A program made the position numbers and the translations under genes. Under the pieces are notes generated by a model. The model saw only the letters and a list, made by a program, of their open reading frames with translations, did no database searches and was not told where the DNA came from. Of a stretch of 64,000 nt of DNA, positions 7,923 to 17,922 are shown one piece after another (position 1 is the first letter of the stretch; each line of letters starts with the position of its first letter). Origin of the DNA: Patescibacteria group bacterium (GTDB lineage Bacteria; Omnitrophota; Gorgyraeia; Gygaellales; Profunditerraquicolaceae); assembly GCA_035506195.1 (NCBI GenBank), contig DATJPV010000030.1, positions 22,662 to 86,661 on the forward strand, read 5' to 3'.

Positions 7923-9569
7923 CTACATCTTTTCAGGGCTGGCAACGCCCAACAGGCCGAGCCCCGTGGCGATGACGATCTTGGTTGCCCCCAGAAGCCC
8001 CAGGCGCGCGAATGTCAACGCATCTTCCTGGCCCAACACCCGGTGCTGATCGTAAAACTTATGGAAATGTTCGGCAACTTCCTGGAGGTAGACGGTGATC
8101 AGGTAGGGGTCCAGGGTCCCTATGCAGGCCTCCAGGGTGTTGGGGAACTGCCAGAGCTTCTTAATCAGGGATATCTCCTCTTTTTCCTTCAACAAGCTAA
8201 AATCGATCTCGGGGACAGGCGGCATCTTCTTGGGAGAATTGCTCAAGATGCTGCAGATCCTGGCATGGGCGTATTGGACGTAATACACCGGGTTTTCGCT
8301 GGTCTGCTTTTTGGCGACCTCCAAGTCGAAATCAAGGTGGCTGGAGGTCCGGCGCATCAGGAAAAAGAAACGCGCCGCATCGCGCCCTACCTCATCCAGA
8401 ACTTCCCGCAGCGTGATATATTGCCCTCTGCGGGTGGACATCTGTACCGGCTTGCCCTGCCGGAAGATAGTAGCCAGCTGCACGATGATGATCGAAAGCG
8501 TCTGGGAGGCGTGGCCAAAGGCCTCTACCGATGCCTTGAGCCGGTTGATATAGCCGTGATGATCCGGCCCCCACAGGTTGATCAGCCATTGAAAATCGCG
8601 GCTGTATTTATCCTGATGATAGGCAATATCGGGGGCAAGGTAGGTATAGGAACCGTCGCTTTTAATGACCACCCTGTCTTTGTCGTCCCCAAAGGCGGTG
8701 GATTTAAACCACAAGGCGCCCTCGCTCTCATAGAGGAACCCTTTCTGCTTCAAAGACGCGAAGGCCTGCTCGATCTTTCCGCTTGCCCCGAGAGCTTTCT
8801 GGCTGAACCAGGAATCAAACGTCACTCCGAAATCGTCGAGCTCTTTCTTGATGATATCCAGGATATAGTCGGCCCCGAACTGGGCGCAGTCGGTTGCCTC
8901 CATCTTCCGCGCAAGGGCGACCTTGGCGATATCGTAAATGTAGTCTCCCTGGTAGTGGTCTTCGGGAAATTCTATTTTCTCCCCCTGCAGTTCTTTCATT
9001 CGCAGGGCAATAGACCTGCCCAGGATGTTGATCTGGTTGCCTTCGTCGTTAAGATAGTACTCCCGCCGGGCCTTAAAACCCATAAAATTGAAGATGCTTG
9101 CCAGTACGTCCCCGACTGCCGCCTGCCGGGCATGCGCGACCGAAAGAGGCCCGGTGGGATTGGCGCTGACAAATTCGATCAAGACGGACCTCCCTTTGCC
9201 GATGCCGGTCCGCAGCGTTGCCTGCCCCCCGGAAACAAGATCGGCCAGGTACCTATAAAAATACCCGTTGCTCAGGTAGAAGTTGATGAACCCGGCGCCT
9301 TCGACTTTTACGTCGTGCACGCTGCCTGCCAGGGCCTGGTCATCCTGCAGCGACCGTTTCAGGCGGCCGGAAAGCTCGGCCGCGATCGAGGCGGGATTTT
9401 TTTTAAGCTGTTTGCTTAATTGCAGAGCGACGTTGGTAGACAGGTCCCCAAAACGCGGATCACTGGGGAAATCAAGATAAGCCTTATCTTGGCAGCCCGG
9501 CGCGCAGCCAAGGTCTTCAAGCAGGCGTCCTATCGTTTCGGTCAAGGTGTCTTTTATGTTTTTTGACAT
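7923..9569 (-). CDS. argS: Arginine--tRNA ligase
   Basis: Class I aaRS HIGH-like motif (ANPTGPLSVAHARQAAVGDVLASIF), KMSKS-like motif (QMSTRRGQ), DALR anticodon-binding C-terminus. 548 aa. Confidence 0.92.
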   Translation of the reverse strand: MSKNIKDTLTETIGRLLEDLGCAPGCQDKAYLDFPSDPRFGDLSTNVALQLSKQLKKNPASIAAELSGRLKRSLQDDQALAGSVHDVKVEGAGFINFYLSNGYFYRYLADLVSGGQATLRTGIGKGRSVLIEFVSANPTGPLSVAHARQAAVGDVLASIFNFMGFKARREYYLNDEGNQINILGRSIALRMKELQGEKIEFPEDHYQGDYIYDIAKVALARKMEATDCAQFGADYILDIIKKELDDFGVTFDSWFSQKALGASGKIEQAFASLKQKGFLYESEGALWFKSTAFGDDKDRVVIKSDGSYTYLAPDIAYHQDKYSRDFQWLINLWGPDHHGYINRLKASVEAFGHASQTLSIIIVQLATIFRQGKPVQMSTRRGQYITLREVLDEVGRDAARFFFLMRRTSSHLDFDLEVAKKQTSENPVYYVQYAHARICSILSNSPKKMPPVPEIDFSLLKEKEEISLIKKLWQFPNTLEACIGTLDPYLITVYLQEVAEHFHKFYDQHRVLGQEDALTFARLGLLGATKIVIATGLGLLGVASPEKM

Positions 9570-9598
9570 CGTAGTGTACGGAGGCGGCGGCTGGGCAA

Positions 9599-9895
9599 TC
9601 AGTCGGTCAAAAGGCGGGGGATTCTGACCCGCTTGGCGTCAGACCACAGGCGCTCTAAAGAATAAAACTCTCTCATCGGTTTGTGGAATAGATGGACCAC
9701 CACGCTGGCAAAATCCAGCACTACCCAACCGGATTCATCGTTGGGATTGACCTTCGAGAGAGGTTTTATTCTGTCTTTGGCTAGGTCTTCTTCTATCGCC
9801 TGGGCAAGCGCGCTTATCTGTCGCAGGGAAGTGCCGCTTAAGATGACAAAATAAGAGCAGAGATTGGAAACCTTCTGCATATCCAGGACAACCAC
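9599..9895 (-). CDS. rsfS: Ribosomal silencing factor RsfS (Iojap). N-terminus probably extends upstream to ~9960 with a non-canonical start
   Basis: VVLDMQKVSNLCSYFVILSGTSLRQISALAQAIEE...GWVVLDFASVVVHLFHKPMREFYSLERLW matches RsfS. The frame stays open upstream (ALIEPKKVALRIAAIAKNKKAQG) as far as a TAG, with AGGAGG just before it but no ATG/GTG/TTG. Confidence 0.8.
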   Translation of the reverse strand: MVVLDMQKVSNLCSYFVILSGTSLRQISALAQAIEEDLAKDRIKPLSKVNPNDESGWVVLDFASVVVHLFHKPMREFYSLERLWSDAKRVRIPRLLTD

Positions 9896-9982
9896 GCCCT
9901 GGGCCTTCTTGTTTTTGGCGATCGCCGCAATACGGAGTGCAACTTTTTTCGGTTCTATAAGTGCCTACCTCCTAAAGAGGTA

Positions 9983-10132
9983 TTATTTTTTTCCTAAGAT
10001 TTTATACATGCCGGTCCCGCAATCGGGGCATTTGCCTTTCATTGCCTGACGCTTGTTCTTCATGGTGACCTGCTGGGTGTCTTTCATTTCTTTGGAAGCC
10101 TTGCATTTCACGCAATATCCCTTTTCTGCCAT
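9983..10132 (-). CDS. Small zinc-ribbon protein (49 aa, CxxC-x19-CxxC), function unknown
   Basis: Internal ATG preceded by AAAGGAGGA. Sequence MAEKGYCVKCKASKEMKDTQQVTMKNKRQAMKGKCPDCGTGMYKILGKK, basic and Lys-rich. The track ORF begins 22 codons upstream. Confidence 0.55.
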   Translation of the reverse strand: MAEKGYCVKCKASKEMKDTQQVTMKNKRQAMKGKCPDCGTGMYKILGKK

Positions 10133-10194
10133 TTGAAATCCTCCTTTGCTAGATGTATAGTATTGTCCAATATTACCACAGCTTGTTGGTACTG

Positions 10195-11223
10195 TCAAAC
10201 AATTCTTACCTTATGCTGCTTGTCGGTATCCTCCTCCAGCTCGCCGACGATCTCTTCCAGCAGGTCCTCCAACGTAACCAGCCCGATGACGTTCTTGCGG
10301 TCATCAACGACAACGGCGATCTGGATCCTGTTCATTTGGAACCTCCTTAAGAGGTCGCTGACCTTCAGGTTCGCGGGAACAAAATAGGCGTTACGGATCA
10401 GGTCCTGCAGTATAAACAGGCCCTTGTGCCTGAGCAGGTACAGCAGGTCGCGGGTGTAGACGATGCCGATGATATTGTCCAGGGAGCCTTTGTAGACCGG
10501 CAACCGCGCATGCCCTTGTTCAAAAAAGAATTCCAGAAGCTCATCCGGAGTAGAGCTTACGCTGACCGCGATGATCTTGTCCTTGGGCACCATGACGTCC
10601 TGTATCTTGGTGTCTCCGAATTCGAAAATCCGGTGGAGCATTTTTCTTTCCTCTTCGCTTAAAACCCCCTCTTCCTTGCCTATCTCGATCATCAGGCGCA
10701 GCTCCTCTTCGGTAATAAGCGGGGAGCGCTTAGACGGCTGGATCCGTATGAGCCGCAGGATCGAATTGCTTATGCCGATGAAAAACGGCGTAATGGGCCG
10801 GAAAAAGGCGACGATCGTTTCCATGATCGGAGCGGTGAACAACGCCATTTTCTCCGTATGCTTGGTGGCCAGGATCTTCGGAGTGATCTCGCAGGCCACC
10901 AATACGAAGAAGGTCGAGGCGAACGTCGAGGCGATAACGCCCAGATTATAGCCGAAAACCCTTACGAAGATGGCCGTGACGATCGAGGATATGGCGATGT
11001 TGACGAAATTATTGCCGATGAGGATCGTAGCGATGAACTTGTCGGATTTGGACAGGAGGCGATGGATGCTCTGCGCGCGCTTGCTGCCCTTGGCGAGCAT
11101 ATTGCGCAGTCGTATCTTGCTTAAGCCTATAATGGACGTTTCGCAGGCGGAAAGGAAAAAAGACACGCATGCCAGCACGGCTAAGAGCGCGCTAATAATA
11201 GATATGAAAAGCAGCGAATGCAT
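10195..11223 (-). CDS. CNNM/HlyC-CorC-family membrane protein (DUF21 transmembrane domain + CBS pair)
   Basis: N-terminal 4-TM DUF21 region, then tandem CBS domains (KIQDVMVPKDKIIAVSV...QIAVVVDDRKNVIGLVTLEDLLEEIVGEL). 342 aa, no CorC_HlyC C-terminal domain. Confidence 0.8.
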   Translation of the reverse strand: MHSLLFISIISALLAVLACVSFFLSACETSIIGLSKIRLRNMLAKGSKRAQSIHRLLSKSDKFIATILIGNNFVNIAISSIVTAIFVRVFGYNLGVIASTFASTFFVLVACEITPKILATKHTEKMALFTAPIMETIVAFFRPITPFFIGISNSILRLIRIQPSKRSPLITEEELRLMIEIGKEEGVLSEEERKMLHRIFEFGDTKIQDVMVPKDKIIAVSVSSTPDELLEFFFEQGHARLPVYKGSLDNIIGIVYTRDLLYLLRHKGLFILQDLIRNAYFVPANLKVSDLLRRFQMNRIQIAVVVDDRKNVIGLVTLEDLLEEIVGELEEDTDKQHKVRIV

Positions 11224-11232
11224 GGTATGAGT

Positions 11233-12507
11233 TTATCCCGAAGATACGTGCAGCCTTGCGGCTATGTCTTTTTGGCTTCGCGCAAGCGGGCCGATAAGCG
11301 CAAGGCTCATTGCTTCTTCCGTGAATATCTGGCGGCCCGCCTCTTGGACGTCCGCGATCGTTGTCTTGCGTATTTCCTTGATCAGGTCTTCCAACGAATA
11401 TACCTTATCCAGCGTCGCGGTAGTTTCGCCGATCCAAAGCATGTGGTCCAGGGTATCCTCAAGCGCCAGGGAAAGCTGGCCGATATAAAAATCTCTGGCG
11501 CGCCTGAATTCGTCCCGACTGACGCATCGCCGCCTAAGCTTGCCGAGTTCTTTCATGATCAGGCTGACCGTAGGCCCGACCTTTCGGTTATCTATGCCGG
11601 CATGCACGATAAAAGCGCCGGTATCATGGAAACGCTTGACCTGCGTACCGATCTCATACGCCAGCCCACGTTTTTCCCGGATCTCATTGAAGAGGCGGCT
11701 GGACATATTGGCCCCGAGGATAATATGCAATAGCGACAAGGCATGCCTTAGCGGATGGTCGCGCTTAAAACCGTGGAACCCCAGGGCCAGATGCGTCTGT
11801 TCCGTGTCTTTGGCAAGGATCTTCAGGCAGGGCTTGCGCTGCTGCTGCCGGGCCTGTAAAAAAACATTCTCCTCTGCCCTGCCGCAGGAAGAAAAAGTCT
11901 TGGCGATGCGGGATGCCAGGCGGGAATGCGTCAGGGAACCGGCGGCGCTCACGACGATATTGGCGGCCGTATAATACCGCCTGCTGAATGCCCGCAGGCT
12001 ATCCTGCCCCAGCCGGCTGACAGATTCAAGGCTGCCGGCAATACTCATCCCCAAAGGCTGATCCGGCCAAAGCAGTTCATCCAGCAGCTCGTGAACATAG
12101 CTCTGCGGAAGGTCCTTATACATCTTTATCTCTTCCAGGATAACCGTCTTTTCTTTCTGCACATCGCTGGCGCGCAGTAGCGGTTGCAGGACCATATCCG
12201 ACAACACATCGAAGGCCGCCTCCAGATATACCGCAGGTAATTTGACCAGATAGCAGGTCAGCTCTTCCGACGTAAAGCCGTTCAGGGAACCGCCTACGCC
12301 TTCGATGCTCTCTTTGATCCGGCGGCAGGAATATTTCCTGCTCCCTTTGAAAAGAAGGTGCTCAAGGAAATGTGCCGCGCCTTTCAGGCGGGGGCTCTCG
12401 TAGCGTCCGCCGACATTGATCCAGATGCCCAATGCCACCGAACGCCTGGCGGGCATCGCATGCGTAACCAGCTTAATCCCGTTGGTTAGTTTTTCTTTCC
12501 TGTACAT
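11233..12507 (-). CDS. M16-family (pitrilysin/insulinase-like) zinc peptidase
   Basis: Inverted zinc motif HFLEHLLFKGS (HxxEH). The start was placed at the internal Met ([14 protein letters not shown]) that matches M16 N-termini; the track ORF extends to 12663. Confidence 0.8.
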   Translation of the reverse strand: MYRKEKLTNGIKLVTHAMPARRSVALGIWINVGGRYESPRLKGAAHFLEHLLFKGSRKYSCRRIKESIEGVGGSLNGFTSEELTCYLVKLPAVYLEAAFDVLSDMVLQPLLRASDVQKEKTVILEEIKMYKDLPQSYVHELLDELLWPDQPLGMSIAGSLESVSRLGQDSLRAFSRRYYTAANIVVSAAGSLTHSRLASRIAKTFSSCGRAEENVFLQARQQQRKPCLKILAKDTEQTHLALGFHGFKRDHPLRHALSLLHIILGANMSSRLFNEIREKRGLAYEIGTQVKRFHDTGAFIVHAGIDNRKVGPTVSLIMKELGKLRRRCVSRDEFRRARDFYIGQLSLALEDTLDHMLWIGETTATLDKVYSLEDLIKEIRKTTIADVQEAGRQIFTEEAMSLALIGPLARSQKDIAARLHVSSG

Positions 12508-13286
12508 AATACCCTCACAAAATCCGAGACCCTCTTGACCAGGTCGGGCCTGCCCAGGTTCTTTTTGATCTTGCCGACGATCGCACTGCCGACGATCGCC
12601 CCGTCGCTGATTTTCTGGATCTGCGCCACCTGCTGCGGGGTAGATATCCCGAACCCCACGCATACGGGTTTATCGGTAATTTTCTTGATCGCCCTTACAT
12701 GGGCCTTTAAGTCCGCAGGCAGGGCCTGCCGGGGCCCGGTGACGCCGGTCAGCGATACGTAATAGATGAAACCCCGGCTCATGCGCGCAATCAGCCGCGC
12801 GCGGGAAGCGGTAGTCGTCGGCGCAATAAATAACACCGTCGCCAGGTTCATCTTGGCAGCCAGCCTGCGAAAATCGCCCGCCTCCTCAGGGGGCAGGTCA
12901 GGCACGATCACCCCGTCTACGCCGCAGGCAACCGCCGCCTTTACGAAACGCGCTTCATTAAAACAGAATATCGGGTTGTAATACGTCATCAGGCAGATCG
13001 GTATCCCGGTCTTTTTTCTTAAAGCCTCAACCATCCTCAGGATCGCCCCGAGAGTGACTTTTTTCTTAAGGGCCTGTTGTGAGGCCTCCTGGATGATCGG
13101 GCCGTCGGCCATAGGGTCGGAAAAAGGAACCCCTAATTCAATGATATCTACCCCCGCGCGGGAAAATGCGAGGACCAGTTCCGCCGTAGTTTTTAAATCC
13201 GGGTATCCTGCGGTAATAAAGGCAATAAAGGCCTTCTTTCTTTTTGTGCGCAGCTGCCTGAATATACGGTCAATGCGGTTCGTCAT
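12486..13286 (-). CDS. trpA: Tryptophan synthase alpha chain
   Basis: [13 protein letters not shown]...[22 protein letters not shown] are TrpA signatures. Start ATG overlaps the trpB stop (ATGA coupling). Confidence 0.9.
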   Translation of the reverse strand: MTNRIDRIFRQLRTKRKKAFIAFITAGYPDLKTTAELVLAFSRAGVDIIELGVPFSDPMADGPIIQEASQQALKKKVTLGAILRMVEALRKKTGIPICLMTYYNPIFCFNEARFVKAAVACGVDGVIVPDLPPEEAGDFRRLAAKMNLATVLFIAPTTTASRARLIARMSRGFIYYVSLTGVTGPRQALPADLKAHVRAIKKITDKPVCVGFGISTPQQVAQIQKISDGAIVGSAIVGKIKKNLGRPDLVKRVSDFVRVLCTGKKN

Positions 13287-14461
13287 GCCAAGACCCCCGA
13301 AATGGAAGAAGTGTCCTTGTCTCCCCTGCCCGAAAGGCATACGATCACTACGGAATCCTTGCGTATGTTACGCTTCATCTTCCTTAAATAGGCGATGGCA
13401 TGCGCGGACTCAAGCGCAGGGATGATCCCTTCTATTTCCGAAAGCATCCGGAAGCCTTCTACTGCTTCTTTATCGGTCACCGCCGTATACGTAGCCCTGC
13501 CGATGGATTTAAAATAGGCGTGTTCCGGCCCGGTGCCCGGATAATCAAGGCCTGCCGCAATGGAATGGGCTATCTGCACCTGGCCGGAGTCGTCCTCCAG
13601 GAGCCCGGATTTCGAACCATGCAAAACCCCCACCTTGCCTTTTACCAGGGTAGCGGCGTGTGCGCCGGAGCCAAGGCCCCGCCCGGCCGCTTCTACTCCG
13701 AAAAAACGCACGGCCTCATCGGCAAAGAACGGATAGAATAACCCCATGGCGTTGCTGCCGCCGCCTACGCAGGCAACCAGGTAATCCGGAAGGCGTCTTT
13801 CCTTTTGCAGGACCTGCCTCCTGGCTTCGCGGCCGATAACGGATTGAAAATCGCGGACCAGCATCGGATACGGATGGGGGCCGGCAACGCTTCCGATAAT
13901 ATAATGCGTCGTACGCACATTGGTCACCCAGTCCCTCAACGCCTCGGTCATGGCGTCCTTGAGGGTGCGCGAACCGCTGGCAACCGGTATAACGCGCGCG
14001 CCCAGCAGGCGCATGCGCAAGACATTCAGTTTCTGGCGCTCGATATCCTCTGTGCCCATATAGACGTCGCAGGATAAACCGAAACGCGCGGCGACCGTTG
14101 CGGTAGCAACGCCGTGCTGGCCGGCTCCGGTCTCCGCGATAATCCGGCTCTTTTTCATGCGCAGGGCAAGCAGGATCTGGCCAAGGGTATTATTGATCTT
14201 ATGCGAGCCGGTGTGGAGAAGGTCTTCGCGCTTCAGGTATACCTTACGGATGCCCAGGTGGCGGCTGAGGTTCTGCGCCAGATACAGCGGAGTAGGCCGG
14301 CCCGCATAGTCGTGCAGGTAATGCGCCAACTGTTGCCGGAACTGCCCATCGGCCTGGGCCTTGCGGTATTGGCGCTCCAATTCATCCAGCGCATAGAAAA
14401 GCGTCTCCGGGACGAAGCGACCCCCGAAGATGCCAAAATGTCCTTTTTTATCCGGTAACAC
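13283..14461 (-). CDS. trpB: Tryptophan synthase beta chain
   Basis: [15 protein letters not shown] and the PLP-lysine motif HTGSHKINN. Likely GTG start near 14461 with an AAAGGGG SD; the track ORF extends to 14509. Confidence 0.9.
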   Translation of the reverse strand: MLPDKKGHFGIFGGRFVPETLFYALDELERQYRKAQADGQFRQQLAHYLHDYAGRPTPLYLAQNLSRHLGIRKVYLKREDLLHTGSHKINNTLGQILLALRMKKSRIIAETGAGQHGVATATVAARFGLSCDVYMGTEDIERQKLNVLRMRLLGARVIPVASGSRTLKDAMTEALRDWVTNVRTTHYIIGSVAGPHPYPMLVRDFQSVIGREARRQVLQKERRLPDYLVACVGGGSNAMGLFYPFFADEAVRFFGVEAAGRGLGSGAHAATLVKGKVGVLHGSKSGLLEDDSGQVQIAHSIAAGLDYPGTGPEHAYFKSIGRATYTAVTDKEAVEGFRMLSEIEGIIPALESAHAIAYLRKMKRNIRKDSVVIVCLSGRGDKDTSSISGVLA

Positions 14462-14492
14462 TACAACCCCTTTCTTTTGCGAACGGCCATAT

Positions 14493-15551
14493 TTAAGGGA
14501 CAACCGCATGGGCCATTTTCGTCTCTGCCAACCCCCAGCAATAGAGCAAGAATTCTTCCATGCTCTTCAAGAACCACTTGCCGAGTGCGGATTCATAGAA
14601 CGCAAGATACTCTTTCAATTCCTCATCGGAAACATCTTTATAGGCAAAAAGAGAGTTGATCAAAACGCTGTTATGCGAAACCGCCAGTAATTTGAGGCGC
14701 GTGGCATTGACGGATGCATCAATGGCCTCCGGAGGAGTACGCCGCTCGGCAGGATAACAGAGGCTCACCGCGCTAAGGCAATCGCGAAATGCCAACAGCT
14801 GCATCTTGATCTCAAGTTCGGAAACGGCGGTTTCAAGGTCCAGCTTCTGCAGCAGGTTGACCCGTTCCTGCGTAGGTTGATAAAGCTCTATGTGCGCGAT
14901 AAAGTCGGTTCTTGCCTGGGCGGCCTCCGGCTTGCGCGCATCTTCCTGGGCCTGGAAAACTTTCTTTAGCGTCGGCGTACGCAGCTTTTCCAGGATGCGG
15001 CGAAACTGTTCTTTGTCCCCTTTGCTGTTGAGCCTGGTCACCAGTGCCTGGTACATATTGTCCGGCTGGTAGCAGGCGCTGATGAGCTTGGCGGCCGATT
15101 CGTATATTTCCGGCTCCAGCGTGTCTTTATTACGCAACAGCTCTGCCGTGACATACGACGGTATTTCTTTGACGCGGCGTTCAATGCCCGACAGCTCCAA
15201 GACCAGGCGTATCAGGTTTTCGGGGCTTGCGGACGTAACGTTATCCTGGGGTTGTTCCTGAGGCGCTGCCGGCGCAGCCTTTACCGCCGGAGGCTTTTCG
15301 ACGCTCAAGGTAACCTGCACCGGTTCCTCTCCCCCGGTCTCGATCGATTCGATCTCGGCGGTGTTGAAGGTGAACTCGTTATCCATTACCTTGATCTTTA
15401 CTTCTTGCATCGTCTGCTCAACGATCTTGCCGCTGATCTTGCGGCCATCTTTGAGATATATCGCATCGGCGAATACCGGCTGCGCTGCGCACGCCAGAAT
15501 CGCAATGCAAAGGATAAGATGGCGTTTGACTGCCTGGACGAATTGTGCCAT
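14493..15551 (-). CDS. Secreted DUF2059-like protein. Has its own SD and ATG but lies in-frame inside the 3' extension of the trpF ORF
   Basis: Internal ATG at ~15551 preceded by AAAGGAG (9-nt spacer). [30 protein letters not shown] is a textbook signal peptide. C-terminal [23 protein letters not shown] resembles the DUF2059 motif. Confidence 0.55.
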   Translation of the reverse strand: MAQFVQAVKRHLILCIAILACAAQPVFADAIYLKDGRKISGKIVEQTMQEVKIKVMDNEFTFNTAEIESIETGGEEPVQVTLSVEKPPAVKAAPAAPQEQPQDNVTSASPENLIRLVLELSGIERRVKEIPSYVTAELLRNKDTLEPEIYESAAKLISACYQPDNMYQALVTRLNSKGDKEQFRRILEKLRTPTLKKVFQAQEDARKPEAAQARTDFIAHIELYQPTQERVNLLQKLDLETAVSELEIKMQLLAFRDCLSAVSLCYPAERRTPPEAIDASVNATRLKLLAVSHNSVLINSLFAYKDVSDEELKEYLAFYESALGKWFLKSMEEFLLYCWGLAETKMAHAVVP

Positions 15552-16133
15552 TTTACGGTACTCCTTTTTGCCGGCAGAGGCCTCCACGGAACTGGAAACG
15601 TCTACCCAATCCGGAGCAACAATCCTTATCGCTTTCTTGACGTTAGCCGCGCCCAAACCGCCCGACAGGAATACCTCTCCCGGCAAGCCGCGGCGGCTCT
15701 TCAACAACCGCCAATCGAATTGCCGGCCGCTGCCGCCGAATCCTGATTTTGGGCAGGCGTCAAAAAGATACGCATATGCATTATACGACGCCAGCCGCTT
15801 GAAATCCAGGCTTGCCTTTACCCTGAACGCCTTGATCACCCGGCGGTCTTTAAACCGGCTGCAGAACCGGGGGCTCTCGTCGCCGTGAAACTGCAGCATA
15901 TCCAGCCTGCAGGCCCGGGCGATCCGCTTCACCGAGGCTTCCCGGCTATTGACAAAAACGCCGACCTTGGCGATGCGCCGGGGAAGCCGGGAAATGATGC
16001 TTCTGGCCCGTGCAGGCGCTATGTAGCGGGGGCTCTTTTTATAGAATACAAACCCCAACGCATCGCAACCTGCCCTGACGGCATCCTGTGCGTCCTGGAG
16101 GCTGGTTATTCCGCAAATCTTGATCTTCACCAT
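14493..16133 (-). CDS. trpF: Phosphoribosylanthranilate isomerase TrpF (first ~205 aa) with no stop codon, continuing in-frame through the downstream secreted-protein ORF (546 codons in total)
   Basis: N-terminal [19 protein letters not shown]...[51 protein letters not shown] is a complete TrpF (PRAI) including its C-terminal helix. The frame then continues without a stop to 14493. Confidence 0.75.
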   Translation of the reverse strand: MVKIKICGITSLQDAQDAVRAGCDALGFVFYKKSPRYIAPARARSIISRLPRRIAKVGVFVNSREASVKRIARACRLDMLQFHGDESPRFCSRFKDRRVIKAFRVKASLDFKRLASYNAYAYLFDACPKSGFGGSGRQFDWRLLKSRRGLPGEVFLSGGLGAANVKKAIRIVAPDWVDVSSSVEASAGKKEYRKMAQFVQAVKRHLILCIAILACAAQPVFADAIYLKDGRKISGKIVEQTMQEVKIKVMDNEFTFNTAEIESIETGGEEPVQVTLSVEKPPAVKAAPAAPQEQPQDNVTSASPENLIRLVLELSGIERRVKEIPSYVTAELLRNKDTLEPEIYESAAKLISACYQPDNMYQALVTRLNSKGDKEQFRRILEKLRTPTLKKVFQAQEDARKPEAAQARTDFIAHIELYQPTQERVNLLQKLDLETAVSELEIKMQLLAFRDCLSAVSLCYPAERRTPPEAIDASVNATRLKLLAVSHNSVLINSLFAYKDVSDEELKEYLAFYESALGKWFLKSMEEFLLYCWGLAETKMAHAVVP

Positions 16134-16915
16134 CCCATCAATTCTTCGACTTTCCTGCGGATATCCGCCGCCTCCATGAAAGCCTGTCCGATCAGGACCG
16201 CACTGGCCCCTAAAATCCTCAAGAAGAGGACGTCCTGGCTGCTTTTTATGCCGCTCTCCACGACCACGGTATTGCCTTTGGGGATCAGGGGAAAAAGCCT
16301 TTCAGTGGTCTTGAGGTCGACCTCCAGCGTATGCAGGTCCCGGTTATTGATACCGATAAGAGATATCTTCATATTCAGGATCTTTTTTAATTCTTTCTCA
16401 TTGTGCACCTCTACCAGGCAATCCATCCCCAGCCCGGCGGCCGTTTCGGACATTTCGGCAATCGCATCCTTCGAAAGCAGGTCAGCAATAAGCAATATCG
16501 CGTCGGCTCCGTAGAATCTCGATTCCAGCACCTGGTAGTTCTCCAGTATAAAGTCTTTTCTCAAAACGGGGACGGTGGTGACGGCCTTGACGTCGTTGAT
16601 GAACGCGGCGCTACCGAGAAAATGATCTTCCTCGGTCAATACGGAGATCGCCTGTACTTGCGCCTCTTCGTACGCCCTGGCAATGTCCGTGTGGTCGAAA
16701 TCCTGGCGGATGACGCCACCCGAAGGAGACGCCTTTTTTATCTCGGCGATCAGCGATATGGTGCGCGGCTTACTGATAGCCTCCAGGAAAGGCCGGGTCG
16801 CCGGCATCCCCTCTACCCTGGCCTTTAATTCCTCTTGCGGCAAGGCAAGCTTGGCCTGCGCGATCCTTTCTTTCTTTTTTTGCACGATCTCCTTCAAAGC
16901 GTTTGGCGCGCTCAT
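16127..16915 (-). CDS. trpC: Indole-3-glycerol phosphate synthase
   Basis: ISLIAEIKKASPSGG...VLRKDFI...IGINNRDL are TrpC motifs. 262 aa. Confidence 0.9.
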   Translation of the reverse strand: MSAPNALKEIVQKKKERIAQAKLALPQEELKARVEGMPATRPFLEAISKPRTISLIAEIKKASPSGGVIRQDFDHTDIARAYEEAQVQAISVLTEEDHFLGSAAFINDVKAVTTVPVLRKDFILENYQVLESRFYGADAILLIADLLSKDAIAEMSETAAGLGMDCLVEVHNEKELKKILNMKISLIGINNRDLHTLEVDLKTTERLFPLIPKGNTVVVESGIKSSQDVLFLRILGASAVLIGQAFMEAADIRRKVEELMGW

Positions 16916-17922
16916 CTGCGTGAATACTCCTTAAGAAGCTGTAATTTTTCAAGCGCTGCGCCGGAATCTATGGAGGCAATGGCCATGTGTATCCCCTCCA
17001 TAATGGTCCCTGCCTTGTTGGCCGCGTAGATAGCACAGCCCGCATTCAGCGCCACGATGTCGCGATGGGGCCCCTCTTTACCCACAAGCACATCCATGAC
17101 GATCCGCACGTTATCCGACATGACCGAACACTGCAGGTCTTCCAAGTGCGCCCTTGCCAGGCCGTAGTCTTCGGGCGCGATCTCGTATTCGCTAAAGCTT
17201 CCGGCGTTTGCTTCGGCAATATGGGTTTTTCCGGTAGTAGTAATTTCATCGAGCCCGTCCTGGCCGTGGACGACCAACACGTGCTCTGTGCCCAGGTTAT
17301 GCAGCACCTTTGCCAGGGGAGCGGTCCATTCGCGGCTGTAGACGCCGATCAACTGGTTGGTCGCCCTGGCGGGGTTGATCAGGGGGCCGAGGATATTAAA
17401 CATGGTTTTTCTGGCGATCTGTTTTCGTGCAGGCATGACGTGCTTCATCGCCGGGTGCAGGTTCGGCGCAAAGAGGAACGCGATACCGATCTCCTGAAGG
17501 CAGCGCTTTATCGTCTCTTTGTCCATATTGATATCGACTCCCAAGGCCTCCAGGACATCAGCGCTACCGCAGGCGCTGGAAATGGAACGATTGCCGTGTT
17601 TGGCAACGGTAACGCCTGCGCCGCTGGAAACCAGGGCGGTGACCGTAGAGATGTTGAAGGTGCCTTTTTTATCTCCGCCGGTCCCGCAGGTATCGAGTAT
17701 GTTCGGCCGGTCAACGATGATCGGGTCGACGAACTTGAGCATCACGCGGACCGCGGCAGTCAGCTCTTCTACGGTTTCCCCTTTATCGTTAAGCAGCGTC
17801 AGGAACGCGATCAGGTCCGCTATATCGGTGACGCCGCCCAGGATCTCGTACATAACCGCCTGCATTTGCGCGTCATCAAGGTTTTCTTTGCGAATCAGCT
17901 TTTGAATGGCTTCTTTAATCAT
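16912..17922 (-). CDS. trpD: Anthranilate phosphoribosyltransferase
   Basis: [36 protein letters not shown] glycine-rich PRPP loop. 336 aa. Confidence 0.9.
   Translation of the reverse strand: MIKEAIQKLIRKENLDDAQMQAVMYEILGGVTDIADLIAFLTLLNDKGETVEELTAAVRVMLKFVDPIIVDRPNILDTCGTGGDKKGTFNISTVTALVSSGAGVTVAKHGNRSISSACGSADVLEALGVDINMDKETIKRCLQEIGIAFLFAPNLHPAMKHVMPARKQIARKTMFNILGPLINPARATNQLIGVYSREWTAPLAKVLHNLGTEHVLVVHGQDGLDEITTTGKTHIAEANAGSFSEYEIAPEDYGLARAHLEDLQCSVMSDNVRIVMDVLVGKEGPHRDIVALNAGCAIYAANKAGTIMEGIHMAIASIDSGAALEKLQLLKEYSRR

Noticed and set aside
8043-9419. 458-aa plus-strand ORF
   Set aside because: Entirely antisense to argS, with low-complexity Gly/Pro/Arg-rich composition typical of high-GC antisense frames. 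No family resemblance and no RBS.
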